From the IMG/VR virus record IMGVR_UViG_3300045741_000082, positions 1 to 62,486 of that record: DNA of 62,486 nucleotides; one strand, written 5' to 3'. Below, in pieces: positions 20,289 through 30,496 of this stretch. The translations under genes were made by a program, and so were the position numbers. Every line of letters begins with the position of its first letter. Positions within the stretch are counted from its first letter, which is position 1. The notes beneath the pieces were generated by a model. That model did no database searches. It was not told the origin of the DNA and was given only the letters and a program-made list of their open reading frames with translations. The stretch is from a virus (taxonomy: Duplodnaviria; Caudoviricetes).

Positions 20289-20606
20289 TTACTCCTGAAG
20301 ATCTTGTATAGCTTCTAAAACTCTATCCAAAGCTGGTATTCTTAATACTTGACCCAACTTTAAATCAAACAAAGGGTTTCTTATTCCATTAAATTCGTAT
20401 ATTACCCACCAATATTCTGGGTTTCCATAAAATGTTTGAGCTATCAGATCTGGTCTTTTTAGAACCTCTTGAGTTACCTCAAAAAATGTATCCCCTTGGT
20501 CTGGAGATAAATTTATTGGTCTTCTAAGTAGAATAAATTGCTTATTACTTCTGTTAGTAGTAACTATAGCCCTACTATATCTAGAGGTTTCTTTAAAATT
20601 AGCCAT
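20289..20606 (-). CDS. LysM-type baseplate wedge protein (gp53 / P2 gpX-like)
   Basis: RPDLIAQTFYGNPEYWWVIYEFNGI...GQVLRIP. Confidence 0.88.
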   Translation of the reverse strand: MANFKETSRYSRAIVTTNRSNKQFILLRRPINLSPDQGDTFFEVTQEVLKRPDLIAQTFYGNPEYWWVIYEFNGIRNPLFDLKLGQVLRIPALDRVLEAIQDLQE

Positions 20607-20608
20607 TA

Positions 20609-21373
20609 TTATTCCTCATTAGGATTAAACCTTAATCTATCAAAAGATCTTATATTATACTGTACGAGAGTAAATGTTACTGTAGCTTCCATAGGAGCTA
20701 AATTAGATAACTGCTTGGTTATACTTATCTTTAGATCCGTAAGGACCCAAACATCGTGCTTATTTGTTATCCTATTTCCATATCTCAGTTTAGCTACACC
20801 AGACCCAGCTAATAAAACTAGCAATGGTGGACTTGATTTTAATCTCTGAGGAACACCCTTCCCATTCGGATCTGAATATGTTGGATATAATAAAGATCTA
20901 TAGTAATCCAGTCTATTAGATATGTCTAATACTTCAGTATTTTTAACTAACTCTGAATTTCTTGGAGGGGGTATCTGAACTTTAAACAACTTTACTGCAA
21001 AGTCAGCAACAGCTTCTTTAACATTTTTAACTTTAGCTTTATCAGAGTTCTTTTCAGATTCTACTATTGTATAGTCTGATGTGTCCGTTGTAACTAGTGC
21101 ATCAAAGGTAAGTGTTCTTGCTCCTGAAGATATCCATTGAAATATTGGATCACTCTGACCTGGAACTTGGTTTTGTACCCAATTGGATGTTTTAGTTTCG
21201 TTCCAAGCAGATGGATTTAGAACAAATACTCCTAACGGATCACTTATTATATTTCCAGAGATATCTACTCTAAACAGTGCAGCTTTTTTCAACGCACTGT
21301 CCATGTCTGTTTGAGGATTTCCCAAATTTGACAAGTCTGCAGATTTTGACTTTGGAGTTTGCTTTACAGCCAT
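20609..21373 (-). CDS. Tail tube initiator (contractile injection system type)
   Basis: LNPSAWNETK...VPGQSDPIFQWISSGARTLTF...PPLL...PMEATVTFTL. Confidence 0.78.
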   Translation of the reverse strand: MAVKQTPKSKSADLSNLGNPQTDMDSALKKAALFRVDISGNIISDPLGVFVLNPSAWNETKTSNWVQNQVPGQSDPIFQWISSGARTLTFDALVTTDTSDYTIVESEKNSDKAKVKNVKEAVADFAVKLFKVQIPPPRNSELVKNTEVLDISNRLDYYRSLLYPTYSDPNGKGVPQRLKSSPPLLVLLAGSGVAKLRYGNRITNKHDVWVLTDLKISITKQLSNLAPMEATVTFTLVQYNIRSFDRLRFNPNEE

Positions 21374-21378
21374 ATTAT

Positions 21379-23685
21379 TTACCCTCTTTGACCTGCTCTT
21401 AGAGAAGTTTGTCTTCTTTTAGTTTCATTCACGAGTTCTTGTAAATTTTTAGATTCATCAAACGCTTTTGTTAGCATGTTTTGAAAGTTCATGAATTCTT
21501 CTGGACTTATTAATGATCCTCCAGAAGAGTCTGCTTTAAGGGCATTTTGAACAGCTTCTTGCATGTTAGCTCTGTCTGCTACATTCATGCTCTTCATTTG
21601 TTCGCCTAGAGTTTGTATTATTGCTTCTTGTTCGTCTGGGGTAGTTGGTACACTTACTGCTGTTTGTTTTCCGCCAGTATCTCTGCTATTTAGTTCATTT
21701 AGTTTATTTTGATTTTTAATGAAATTCGCTGACGTTTCTCCACCAACTAAATTATCCAGTTTAAAAAACATTCTTTCCAGTAATCCGCCCTCAAAACCTT
21801 CGTCAGTCTTTCCCATAAACGTGGGACCAAATTTATCTATTAAGGTTCCTATAGCATATCCTACTGCCCCAGCAGCTACTACAGCAGCGACTGGACCTAA
21901 TGCTGGACCTAGTGCTCTTATAAGAAGCGAAGAACCTGCTTCCATAGCGGAGGTTATTCCTCCATATAATAGCGATGCTCCACCCTTTAAAGCTTCATAT
22001 ATAGCTGTTCCAAGACCAAATATCTTTCCTTTTGGATTAGTAAATATTTCTGCTAAAAAACTACTCTTAAGAATAAAATCTTGTACTTTAGCTCCAAGTT
22101 TTTCTAGTAGAGGTTTAAAAAAACCTTCTACTCCTGGAATCTTACTCAAAATAGATCCTGCAGCTATCGTATATATAGGGTCTGTTGCACTACCTGTTGG
22201 ACCTGATCCTTTTCCTCCACCAAACATTCCACCAATAATAGGTATTTTTGATAGTAGTCCTCCAGCCATTCCAAATAGTTTTTTTCCTAGGAATATTCCT
22301 CCTAGTACTCCACCAAGAATTAATGCTGCTCTTTTTACCTTATCAAAATCACTAAGAGTATTTGTGGTCCACCAAGTAGTCCACTTTTTAACTCCCTTTA
22401 GACCGTCATTCATTGTGCCAAATAGTTTACCTACTACATTGTCTACCTTTACTGCTGCCCAACTGATAAAGTCTGCTATATCCTTAACAGTAGTCTTAAC
22501 TGTTACTATAGCCGCAGCTATAAAGTCCACAAATCCTAGAATTCCGTTATCAGCAAGCAGTTTCTGAGTAGCCGCACTTATCTTAGACATTCCTGTTTCT
22601 GGATCAAAGTTGCTTACTAATTCATATATACCCTTAAAAAAGGCTCCAAATATTCTTAGTTTAGCTAGTGGTCCTTCTGCCTTAGCAGACAATCCCACAA
22701 AAGCTGCGGTGACTGCAAGAATAGCTGTTGCCATCCCAGGAAATCCCAATGGAGTGAAACCTAGAAGCTTTACTAGCAATTTCATAGTTCCTAAAGAGGC
22801 GAAAACAGCACTAAAAGCTCCAGCTAAAGCTAAAATAGTTTTTACTAAAAAAACAGTTTCTTTATCTGTTCTAGTTATGTTATCAACAATCTTATTAAAA
22901 CTTTGAATTAGTGGTAACAGTTTCTCTAATAAAGGCCTTACAGCATTTCCTAATAATACTCCGATGTTTCGAGTCAAATTGTTATAAGCCTTTCCAGTGT
23001 AGTCTATGACTTCTCCTAGACTCATGAAAGCAAACATCTGTCCTTGTACTCTTTTGTTAATAGCTCCCATAACAACGGCCATAGCTTGTTGTTTAGCTAT
23101 AACTCCACCCATAGTACCACCAGCTTTGGCAGTAACGGCTTGTAGAGCCATGAATGCAGGATCAGATCTTCTCATGATCCCTAATTCTTCTAACTTCGCT
23201 ACGTTACCATCAGTAACTGCTTGGGTTAACCCCTCAATCACTTCTGTAGAGTCTTTGCCAGCCATTCTTCCAGCTACGGCAAATTTAGCTATTGTGTCTG
23301 CGGTGTCTTCTAAACTATGAGTAATACCTAAATTACTTAATTGAAGCCCAGACTTCATTGCAGTCATTTCATCAACGACTACGTTTGTGCTCCCCTCTAA
23401 AGCTTGTATAAACTTACTTTTAGGTCCAACTTGTCTTTCAAATTGAGTAGATACTTTATCCAGTTCTGCCCCAATCATTAGAGATTCTTTTAGTTTACTG
23501 AACCCCTTAGCAAATAGTCCTATAAAGGCAAACGTACTAAATAAAGTTTTATTAAATTGCCATATATCCGCAGTAGAATCTTTAGCTGCTTTACCAGTAT
23601 TTCTAATGCCTTTTTGAACATTATCTAATGGTTTTGTGGCTCCGTCTTTGACGGTAATAACAACTTGTATATTTGTACGTGCCAT
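21379..23685 (-). CDS. Tape measure protein
   Basis: 768 aa, helical and Ala/Gly-rich with hydrophobic segments; directly follows the chaperone. Confidence 0.85.
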   Translation of the reverse strand: MARTNIQVVITVKDGATKPLDNVQKGIRNTGKAAKDSTADIWQFNKTLFSTFAFIGLFAKGFSKLKESLMIGAELDKVSTQFERQVGPKSKFIQALEGSTNVVVDEMTAMKSGLQLSNLGITHSLEDTADTIAKFAVAGRMAGKDSTEVIEGLTQAVTDGNVAKLEELGIMRRSDPAFMALQAVTAKAGGTMGGVIAKQQAMAVVMGAINKRVQGQMFAFMSLGEVIDYTGKAYNNLTRNIGVLLGNAVRPLLEKLLPLIQSFNKIVDNITRTDKETVFLVKTILALAGAFSAVFASLGTMKLLVKLLGFTPLGFPGMATAILAVTAAFVGLSAKAEGPLAKLRIFGAFFKGIYELVSNFDPETGMSKISAATQKLLADNGILGFVDFIAAAIVTVKTTVKDIADFISWAAVKVDNVVGKLFGTMNDGLKGVKKWTTWWTTNTLSDFDKVKRAALILGGVLGGIFLGKKLFGMAGGLLSKIPIIGGMFGGGKGSGPTGSATDPIYTIAAGSILSKIPGVEGFFKPLLEKLGAKVQDFILKSSFLAEIFTNPKGKIFGLGTAIYEALKGGASLLYGGITSAMEAGSSLLIRALGPALGPVAAVVAAGAVGYAIGTLIDKFGPTFMGKTDEGFEGGLLERMFFKLDNLVGGETSANFIKNQNKLNELNSRDTGGKQTAVSVPTTPDEQEAIIQTLGEQMKSMNVADRANMQEAVQNALKADSSGGSLISPEEFMNFQNMLTKAFDESKNLQELVNETKRRQTSLRAGQRG

Positions 23686-23692
23686 AGTTTAT

Positions 23693-23884
23693 TTACTCTC
23701 TAATTTTATTTATTACGTTATCTTTATATGCCTGCTTGAGTAACTTTCTTTGTTGCCAACTTAGCCTATCTACTTCGCTAGGTGGCCATTGCCATATTTG
23801 ACCAAAAAAGGCATAATCCTCCAAGAGATCTTGGTCATGGCTTACGAAGAAGTACTCTTGAAGCCCTTGGTAGGGTAGAAAAAA
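23693..23884 (-). CDS. -1 frameshift extension of the tail assembly chaperone (gpGT / GpE'-like)
   Basis: Slippery U-UUU-UUC at 23884-23878; the -1 frame reads LPYQG...QIWQWPPSEVDRLSWQQRK...IRE* and stops just before the tape measure start. Confidence 0.8.
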   Translation of the reverse strand, partial: FFLPYQGLQEYFFVSHDQDLLEDYAFFGQIWQWPPSEVDRLSWQQRKLLKQAYKDNVINKIRE

Positions 23885-24609
23885 GAGGGATCATACACAT
23901 TAAGTTTATACTCAAATTCTTTTTTACAATTTGTGCATTCTGTTATAACGTCGGTGTCTATGCTTCCTTCTAGTTTAATATTTTCAGCAAAATTATTTAA
24001 ATCCATAATATCGGTTACTGGCATTTCTGATAAATCTGCAGAAGTAACCTTAGACTTATCTCCCATTCTCTTTATGGACAAGGCTAGAGTAGTGGTAACA
24101 AGTTCGTCTTGTTTTCCAGTGGCCATTTTTACAGCATCAAAAAGATCCTTTAAGTATAAAGGCTTTAACTCTACTTCTATCTTACTCTTTGTAAGCATTA
24201 TAGTTCTACTAGAGCTATTCATCATATCTGCTAAAGACATTACATCTAAATCTAGCTTATCTAAATCTATTCTAAGATCTTTATTCAGATGTTTACAGTG
24301 TGGGCATTCTGAGTCGTGGTAGTATTTTGGTCCAAATGTGTTTTCTCTGATTCTTAGTAAAATAGTTTCTAGGTCTCCTACTGGAAGTTTATTTATAGCT
24401 TCTTTTAGGTTTCCTTGCCAAGCTAGGCCATGCTCTGTTTCTAGAGATTTAACTAGATCTTCTAGAATTTTAGGAACGTGTCCTATATTCCCTATTACTA
24501 GTTCTTTGTTTGATAAATAGTTCTGTTGTTTTCCTCTAAGTTCATCGATGCGAGCCATATTAAAATGATCTCCGCCGTCTATTAACCCGTTAGGTAATTT
24601 GATAAGCAT
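23842..24609 (-). CDS. Tail assembly chaperone (T4 gp26-like, two CxxC motifs)
   Basis: DLETILLRIRENTFG, CPHC and CTNC; lies between the tubes and tape measure. Confidence 0.8.
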   Translation of the reverse strand: MLIKLPNGLIDGGDHFNMARIDELRGKQQNYLSNKELVIGNIGHVPKILEDLVKSLETEHGLAWQGNLKEAINKLPVGDLETILLRIRENTFGPKYYHDSECPHCKHLNKDLRIDLDKLDLDVMSLADMMNSSSRTIMLTKSKIEVELKPLYLKDLFDAVKMATGKQDELVTTTLALSIKRMGDKSKVTSADLSEMPVTDIMDLNNFAENIKLEGSIDTDVITECTNCKKEFEYKLNVYDPSFFYPTKGFKSTSS

Positions 24610-24632
24610 ATATTTCTCCTCTTTTTATGCTA

Positions 24633-25190
24633 TTAAAATCTTCTAATAAGCCGCTTGAGAATATCTGTAGGATCGAGAGGGTTTGTATCTGGGGTACTTG
24701 AAATTACCTCAAAACTCTCATAACTCAACACTAATCTTTCCATGCTCAGTGTATCGTCTGTATCCGAAGAAAAATCAGAAGCAGGTTTATATTCTGTGGG
24801 AAAAGCATTATATAAAATATAAGTTTTTACTGCTCTTCCTGCTCTATCTAAATGTTTTATAATAACCGTTTTTCTGTATTCAATTGGTGGTTGTGTTGGG
24901 AATCTTCCGTCATTAACAACTCTAAACCCTCTAATAAAATCAAAATAAGACATAGCCCATTTATGAAAATTTAGATCTGAAGTCACACCTCTCTGTAAAG
25001 TTACAGGTCGATACTCTACAGTATCAACTATATTTTTAGGGAACAGGTGATTTCCGCCTTCATGGTACTTATTGATGTTTAAAGATACAGAAGGAGTTTC
25101 ACAAGAAGAGAAACCTAATCTAGTGAAGCCATCTATCTCTACTGACCATCTGAATTTATCTAATGGGTCTTTGTTTGAGGGACGAGCCAT
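24633..25190 (-). CDS. Tail tube protein, paralogue 3 (T4 gp19 / Afp1-5 family)
   Basis: DPLDKFRW, VTLQRGVT, YNAFPTEY and ERLVLSYE motifs. Confidence 0.9.
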   Translation of the reverse strand: MARPSNKDPLDKFRWSVEIDGFTRLGFSSCETPSVSLNINKYHEGGNHLFPKNIVDTVEYRPVTLQRGVTSDLNFHKWAMSYFDFIRGFRVVNDGRFPTQPPIEYRKTVIIKHLDRAGRAVKTYILYNAFPTEYKPASDFSSDTDDTLSMERLVLSYESFEVISSTPDTNPLDPTDILKRLIRRF

Positions 25191-25199
25191 TTTTACTCC

Positions 25200-25862
25200 T
25201 TATCGACTGAATGGCAACTGTTCTGTAGCCAATTCTCCGATATTTTTTAGGATTTCTTTTCCAAAACCCTTTATTCCACCATCAAGTTCTAAAAATAGTT
25301 CATATGTTAAAGACAATTCTTCTATAAGCTTTTCTTCAGCCTGTGAATTTAAATCATCTCCTGGTTTATAAGAAGTAGGCCAAGAGTTAAATAGATACCA
25401 TCCTTTTACTGGATTTCCTTCTCTATCTAAAACTTCAATAACAACATCTTTTCTAAAGTTTTCACTTTGTCTTGGTCCTTTTCTAACGCTACCCGCCAAC
25501 TCATTAGCTACTCCTAGTAGAACTAACTCGTCATTTACAAGTCTTAACCAATCATATAAATCTCTATTTTGAGTTACTCCCCTTTTTAGGGTTATTGGTT
25601 CGTATCTAACTAATCCTGGTGTTTTTTGAAATCTGTAGCCATCAGTGTTTTCTCTATAAGGTATTTCCGAGATAGTAGTTCTTGGTAATCCAACTTCACT
25701 AAATCCCATTCTTACTAATACAGAAAAATTCTTTGCTACCGTATCGGCACTTGATAAAGCTCCAACTGTTTCTGCAATCCCATTTAAACTAGGACTTACA
25801 GCAATCACACTTATTCTAAATCTGAACTTTTCTAGTGGATCTTTTGATGAACTTCTTGCCAT
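25200..25862 (-). CDS. Tail tube protein, paralogue 2
   Basis: Likely start MARSSSKDPLEKFRF at 25862 with GAGG SD; ITLKRGVT and EELSLTYE motifs. Confidence 0.88.
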   Translation of the reverse strand: MARSSSKDPLEKFRFRISVIAVSPSLNGIAETVGALSSADTVAKNFSVLVRMGFSEVGLPRTTISEIPYRENTDGYRFQKTPGLVRYEPITLKRGVTQNRDLYDWLRLVNDELVLLGVANELAGSVRKGPRQSENFRKDVVIEVLDREGNPVKGWYLFNSWPTSYKPGDDLNSQAEEKLIEELSLTYELFLELDGGIKGFGKEILKNIGELATEQLPFSR

Positions 25863-25872
25863 AATACCTCTC

Positions 25873-25902
25873 AAAAGAAAGGAGAGGGTTTTATCCCCCT
25901 CC
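25873..25902 (-). terminator. Intrinsic terminator after the main tube gene
   Basis: GGAGGGGG-ATAAAA-CCCTCTCC followed by TTTCTTTT on the minus strand. Confidence 0.7.
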
Positions 25903-25910
25903 AATCAAAA

Positions 25911-26480
25911 TTAATAACCGCCTGAAACAGCTTTCTCAGCATTACCTGTAATAGCTTCTTCTTTAAAGTCTTCATAAGCCAAAGTCAATTGTTCCATTGA
26001 CTTATCTCCGTCCTCACCTGCGTTCAGGTCTGAACCTGGAACGAAGTGCATAGGAAATGCATTATAAAGAGTCCATTGACGAGCAGTGTTACCTTCTCGA
26101 TCAAGCAATTTAATTGTTACGTCTTTTTTATAGTTGTTTAGAGCAGCTTTACCACGAGCAGCTAAAGCCTCACGGCCAACATGTCCTGCTGTAGGTTTGT
26201 GAACTGCGCTTATCCACTTATAAAACTCTCCGTTTTTATCTTCTATGATGGTTCCTCGACTCATAACAACGTCTTCCATAGTGCTTAAACCAGCAGCTAC
26301 TTGACTGATGTCTGGATCAATACCTTCACGATAACTAATTTTAGTAGTAGCTCGTTTAGGCATCTGAATGTCGTGGAAACCTAGTCTTACCAAAGCGGTT
26401 ACTTCAGAACCGTTTCCAGCACTCCAACTAACAGAGAATCTAAATTTTTCTAATGGATCAACTTGTGAACTTCTTGCCAT
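25911..26480 (-). CDS. Major tail tube protein (paralogue 1)
   Basis: gp19-family motifs; directly after the sheath, AAGGAG SD, followed by a terminator. Confidence 0.9.
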   Translation of the reverse strand: MARSSQVDPLEKFRFSVSWSAGNGSEVTALVRLGFHDIQMPKRATTKISYREGIDPDISQVAAGLSTMEDVVMSRGTIIEDKNGEFYKWISAVHKPTAGHVGREALAARGKAALNNYKKDVTIKLLDREGNTARQWTLYNAFPMHFVPGSDLNAGEDGDKSMEQLTLAYEDFKEEAITGNAEKAVSGGY

Positions 26481-26498
26481 AAATTTATATCTCCTTTA

Positions 26499-27941
26499 TT
26501 ATGCGGTTGGAAGTGGGAATTCAAGGGCGACTTCGATAAATCGAACAGCTTTATTTGGCTTAATTTGAACTTTAACTTTTAAAAGACCCAAATCCAAGTC
26601 ACTTTGAGTGGCTTCTACTGATGCTACTCGAAACTGTTGAGCTTCTTGTAAACCAGCAGGAAATAAATGGATATTGTTTCTTAAAAACGCTTCAATAGCT
26701 CGTGAAACCTGTTCTTGAGTATCTGGAGAAAAGTTTTCCCAAAGGAAACTTCTTAGTCCAACTTCAAGAGAAGCTTTAATATACTGAACTGATCTCATAA
26801 CTTGAATAAGTTCTTCATCAGGAGTATAAATTGGGCTTGAACCAGATTCTGCTGTATATCCACCAAATATAACACTGCCTGCACCAGGAAATGATGTTAT
26901 TCTGTTGATATAATTTTTTCTTAATGGTTCTGCATCCAGTCTTTCTGAAATACTAATTTCTAGTCCAGAAATACCAGCTACTGCAGCAAACCTAATACCA
27001 GCAGGGGCATGAGATACTCCGCCAATTGCTATATTAGAATCTATTCTGCCCATAACTCCAGCTACGTGACCTACAGGGTCAACTGAAACCAAAGCTCCAG
27101 GTGCCGCCATAGAAGAGCGATCTAAAAGTACCAAATTGTTAAAGTACCAAGCTGCTACACGAGAAGGATTATTAATAACTTTCTCTTTATAAGTAACCGC
27201 TGATGGAACTTCAATAGTAATAGCATCTGATGCTGCTAATGTACCCAAACTAACTACGGTAATTTGATCTAAACCGTCATTTACTGCAGAAATAACTGCC
27301 TGAAATGCTCCAGCTTTCTTAACAATCATTCCAGCTTTTACTGCTGATAGATTAAGAGTTGGAAGTTGTAGTGTGTTTGTGCTAATAGACGTAATGGTTG
27401 TTGAAATCAATTGAACATCTTTATTAGCTTTCTTAATATCACGAGGAACAGCCATTAACGAGAATACTGTAGACAATGTTGCCCCAAATTCTGTTCTAAC
27501 TGTTTCGCTGTAATCGATCAACGCAGGTTGTACTAAATACGCAAGGTCTAAGGGTAATCCAGGAATACACACGAGATTTACATCATCTTGTGTATCCAAT
27601 GCTCGCAGACCAGAGCCTGCTGTAGCGTTACCAATGAAATTTAGCGCAGTAGAAGTACCAACATGCACTATAATTGCTGTTTTACCAGATCCACCGTTAT
27701 CAAAATAACCTTGGATTGCATAATATGCATCGTTTGCAATATCGTCTGGTCCACCAAAAATAGCTTCGAAGTCAGCAAGTGTCGTTACTCTTGTGGGAGT
27801 ATTGACAGGAGCACTCATAAAACTAGTACTGATTAAAAAAGCAGTAATAGAAGTAGATGCTCCAGGAACTTGGATGACGCCGATTGGTTGATCGAATACT
27901 TGAACCCTTTCGGGTCCTATAGTTGTATTCAATAATGACAT
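26499..27941 (-). CDS. Contractile tail sheath protein
   Basis: YFDNGG, LVCIPG, HVAGVMGRID...SHAPAG and KPNKAVRFIEV motifs. Confidence 0.93.
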   Translation of the reverse strand: MSLLNTTIGPERVQVFDQPIGVIQVPGASTSITAFLISTSFMSAPVNTPTRVTTLADFEAIFGGPDDIANDAYYAIQGYFDNGGSGKTAIIVHVGTSTALNFIGNATAGSGLRALDTQDDVNLVCIPGLPLDLAYLVQPALIDYSETVRTEFGATLSTVFSLMAVPRDIKKANKDVQLISTTITSISTNTLQLPTLNLSAVKAGMIVKKAGAFQAVISAVNDGLDQITVVSLGTLAASDAITIEVPSAVTYKEKVINNPSRVAAWYFNNLVLLDRSSMAAPGALVSVDPVGHVAGVMGRIDSNIAIGGVSHAPAGIRFAAVAGISGLEISISERLDAEPLRKNYINRITSFPGAGSVIFGGYTAESGSSPIYTPDEELIQVMRSVQYIKASLEVGLRSFLWENFSPDTQEQVSRAIEAFLRNNIHLFPAGLQEAQQFRVASVEATQSDLDLGLLKVKVQIKPNKAVRFIEVALEFPLPTA

Positions 27942-27955
27942 TTATTTATCTCCTT

Positions 27956-29401
27956 TTAATCGGATAATATATTTCCAGTATTTGTGTCTTCGATACCAAC
28001 GTTAATATCAGTAACTGCTGTAATTTCACGGGCTTCTTCAAGTCTATCGACCCAAAATTGTACCCAAAATGTAAACTCGTGAACCCAGTATTGAGATCCC
28101 TCAACATCTTTGGTTACGTGGTCAACGAAATTAAACATGAAGAGCTTAAACTCTGCATTACTGACTATTCTAGAGCAGTTAGAAATTTTGTACGTATCTG
28201 GAACTACGTCTTGTAAAACTAACTCATTTGTTGATATTTTGTCTTTTATCACAGATACAAATGGTCTTTCAAATCCTTCTCCATCAGGTCTTTTGGTGGG
28301 ATTTAAATCATCAAATATGAAAACATTGTCTCCGACATTGAAGTTTGAATTGTCGCCAACTTGTATCGTATTGCTTCCTCCGCTAGTAACATCAGCAGTT
28401 AATGTCTGGTCTGCACTCAATGCCGATCTAACTATAACTGGTAAGGCTGTTCTGGGAGGATTAAACTCTTCCCAAATCCTATTTATGATGTCTCTATGAT
28501 TCTGTCTTGTCTTAGAATCTATTCTTATGAGGTAATAGGCGTCTAGCGGTATAGCTGGACTTATTCCTGCATAAGAAGAGGAAGCTTGTGTGTTGCATTC
28601 CCCAGCAGTCAAAACTGGCTTTGAAGGGTCCATTACTATATATTTAACCAAACTTAGATCTGTATTTCTCAATACGTTTCCTGATCTGGTTATCATTGAT
28701 CCAGAGGCCGAACTCGGAGCAATGCTGCCGTCAATAGTAATTTTTCCTTGGGGTGCATTAACTGCAGTAATATTAAAAACATTACTTGCAGAATCTTTAA
28801 ATTGATCTCCAACTATTACTGTAGATAGATCAACTGCTGAACTGAACGTTATTTCTCTAGTATTAGAATCTATGTTAAAACTAGGCAAATTTTCTGCTAT
28901 TACGTTAGAAACGAATATTGAATGGTCGCCTAGTGGATCTATGGTAATAGAGGAAATCTTATAAGTTCCTTTATTATTACCTTCTAATAATCTAATTAGA
29001 TATCCTACTTGAACTTTTCTTATTTGAAATATTGTAGTAGTTATTGTGTTTCCAGGAGCGGAGATTAAAGCTCCTCCAGAAATAACTATTTCAAAGGCTT
29101 TAGGAGAGAATTTAACTGGGGTTACAACCCACTTTCCATATTCTGGAACAATTCTACCGCTAAATCTATCTTCACGAGTTTTCATCAATCTTATGAAAAA
29201 ATGGGGGTATTCTACTCCTCCAGCATCGGCACTAGAATCGTAATATTCTGCCTCTATTGTAGTTTTTACTAACTCTCCTGACAAAGGATCATAAGTCTCT
29301 TTTAAAACAGTTCTATCTAAGGTCCTGTTACTATGGGTAGTAATACGTCTTACTTCCCTAGATAAGGATTCTTCTATATCTTTAAAGATAGTTACTGACA
29401 T
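27956..29401 (-). CDS. Probable tail terminator or completion protein with inserted beta-domains
   Basis: Immediately upstream of the sheath; EYPHFFI and YLIRIDSKTRQ motifs. Confidence 0.5.
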   Translation of the reverse strand: MSVTIFKDIEESLSREVRRITTHSNRTLDRTVLKETYDPLSGELVKTTIEAEYYDSSADAGGVEYPHFFIRLMKTREDRFSGRIVPEYGKWVVTPVKFSPKAFEIVISGGALISAPGNTITTTIFQIRKVQVGYLIRLLEGNNKGTYKISSITIDPLGDHSIFVSNVIAENLPSFNIDSNTREITFSSAVDLSTVIVGDQFKDSASNVFNITAVNAPQGKITIDGSIAPSSASGSMITRSGNVLRNTDLSLVKYIVMDPSKPVLTAGECNTQASSSYAGISPAIPLDAYYLIRIDSKTRQNHRDIINRIWEEFNPPRTALPVIVRSALSADQTLTADVTSGGSNTIQVGDNSNFNVGDNVFIFDDLNPTKRPDGEGFERPFVSVIKDKISTNELVLQDVVPDTYKISNCSRIVSNAEFKLFMFNFVDHVTKDVEGSQYWVHEFTFWVQFWVDRLEEAREITAVTDINVGIEDTNTGNILSD

Positions 29402-29404
29402 GTA

Positions 29405-30487
29405 TTACCTCAAGCTTTTTTCAGCTAAATCTACTATAGAATCTACTAGAGTTTTTATCCAATCTTGTTCATTAGATATCTGCCAAAGATCTGCTTCTTC
29501 TTTTATCTTATCTTGAAAGTTAGCATAATCTTTAACTGTTTCATCATAAGTTGAAACTAATGTGTAAAATGTACTATCCTCTTTGATAGTTTTTTCTAGT
29601 TTTAAATTTCTTATAAGCTTAACTATATTGTTGTATGACTCTACTGTAGGTGATAAGTCTTTCTTTTGTTTTAGATCGTCTATCTTGTTGAATATCTCAT
29701 TTGATTGAGTATTGTTCTTACCAACCCTACTATATATGTGTTTAGCTTCGTCATAGTCACCTTCTTTTAGCTTTTCTATGACATCAGTTATATTTATAAA
29801 ATCTCTTTTTATTACGTCTAAACCTTCTTTTAAAAGGGTCCAATCTGCAAATCCACGCTTATCTCTATGACTATCCCATTTATCACTAGATTTAACTGTA
29901 TTTCCAGCTTCCCTACTACAAACTACCTTAACGAATCTGGACATATCTATTCCAGGATTAACATAGTAATTAGCTTTCCCATTATTGTCTATGAATACAA
30001 ACACAGCGTTATTATAGTAATTAAGGGCTTGGTTGTACTGAGATTCAAAGGAATCTGCTTCTCCTATAGGAAGTCTTAGATTAACTCCTGATGACATTCT
30101 GCTGGTTGGTGCGCCGTTTAACTGATCTATTTTACTGGCTCCATCAGTTACTCTATTCGATATAACTGCTAGTTTACCATCAGCTAAGGTATTATAGTCT
30201 TTAGTTTTAGATACCTTAGTTAAGTCTACTCCAGTTAAATGTTTTATAAGTTCTTCATCAGATTTTCTTACTTTAATTTGAGTGTCGGTTAAATTTTGAT
30301 TTTTAACCTCTAAAACAGATTTTTGATCATTATTTAGCATTACTAATAGTTTTTCTTTTAGATTAGCTAAATCTAGAGTTAATCTGGAATCCAAAGATTT
30401 ATCTATAATCTCTGGTTTCATTTTTTCTTTTATCTTTGTTATTCCTGCTAAAGCTTTTTCATAATCAACAGAAATTTTAATAGACAT
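29405..30487 (-). CDS. Hypothetical neck-region protein
   Basis: 360 aa ORF in the head-tail joining position. Confidence 0.55.
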   Translation of the reverse strand: MSIKISVDYEKALAGITKIKEKMKPEIIDKSLDSRLTLDLANLKEKLLVMLNNDQKSVLEVKNQNLTDTQIKVRKSDEELIKHLTGVDLTKVSKTKDYNTLADGKLAVISNRVTDGASKIDQLNGAPTSRMSSGVNLRLPIGEADSFESQYNQALNYYNNAVFVFIDNNGKANYYVNPGIDMSRFVKVVCSREAGNTVKSSDKWDSHRDKRGFADWTLLKEGLDVIKRDFINITDVIEKLKEGDYDEAKHIYSRVGKNNTQSNEIFNKIDDLKQKKDLSPTVESYNNIVKLIRNLKLEKTIKEDSTFYTLVSTYDETVKDYANFQDKIKEEADLWQISNEQDWIKTLVDSIVDLAEKSLR

Positions 30488-30496
30488 ATTATCTTC

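Noticed and set aside
6576-29401. Stand-alone eCIS or tailocin locus
   Set aside because: Terminase, portal, scaffold and major capsid genes are in the same operon, so this is a phage.
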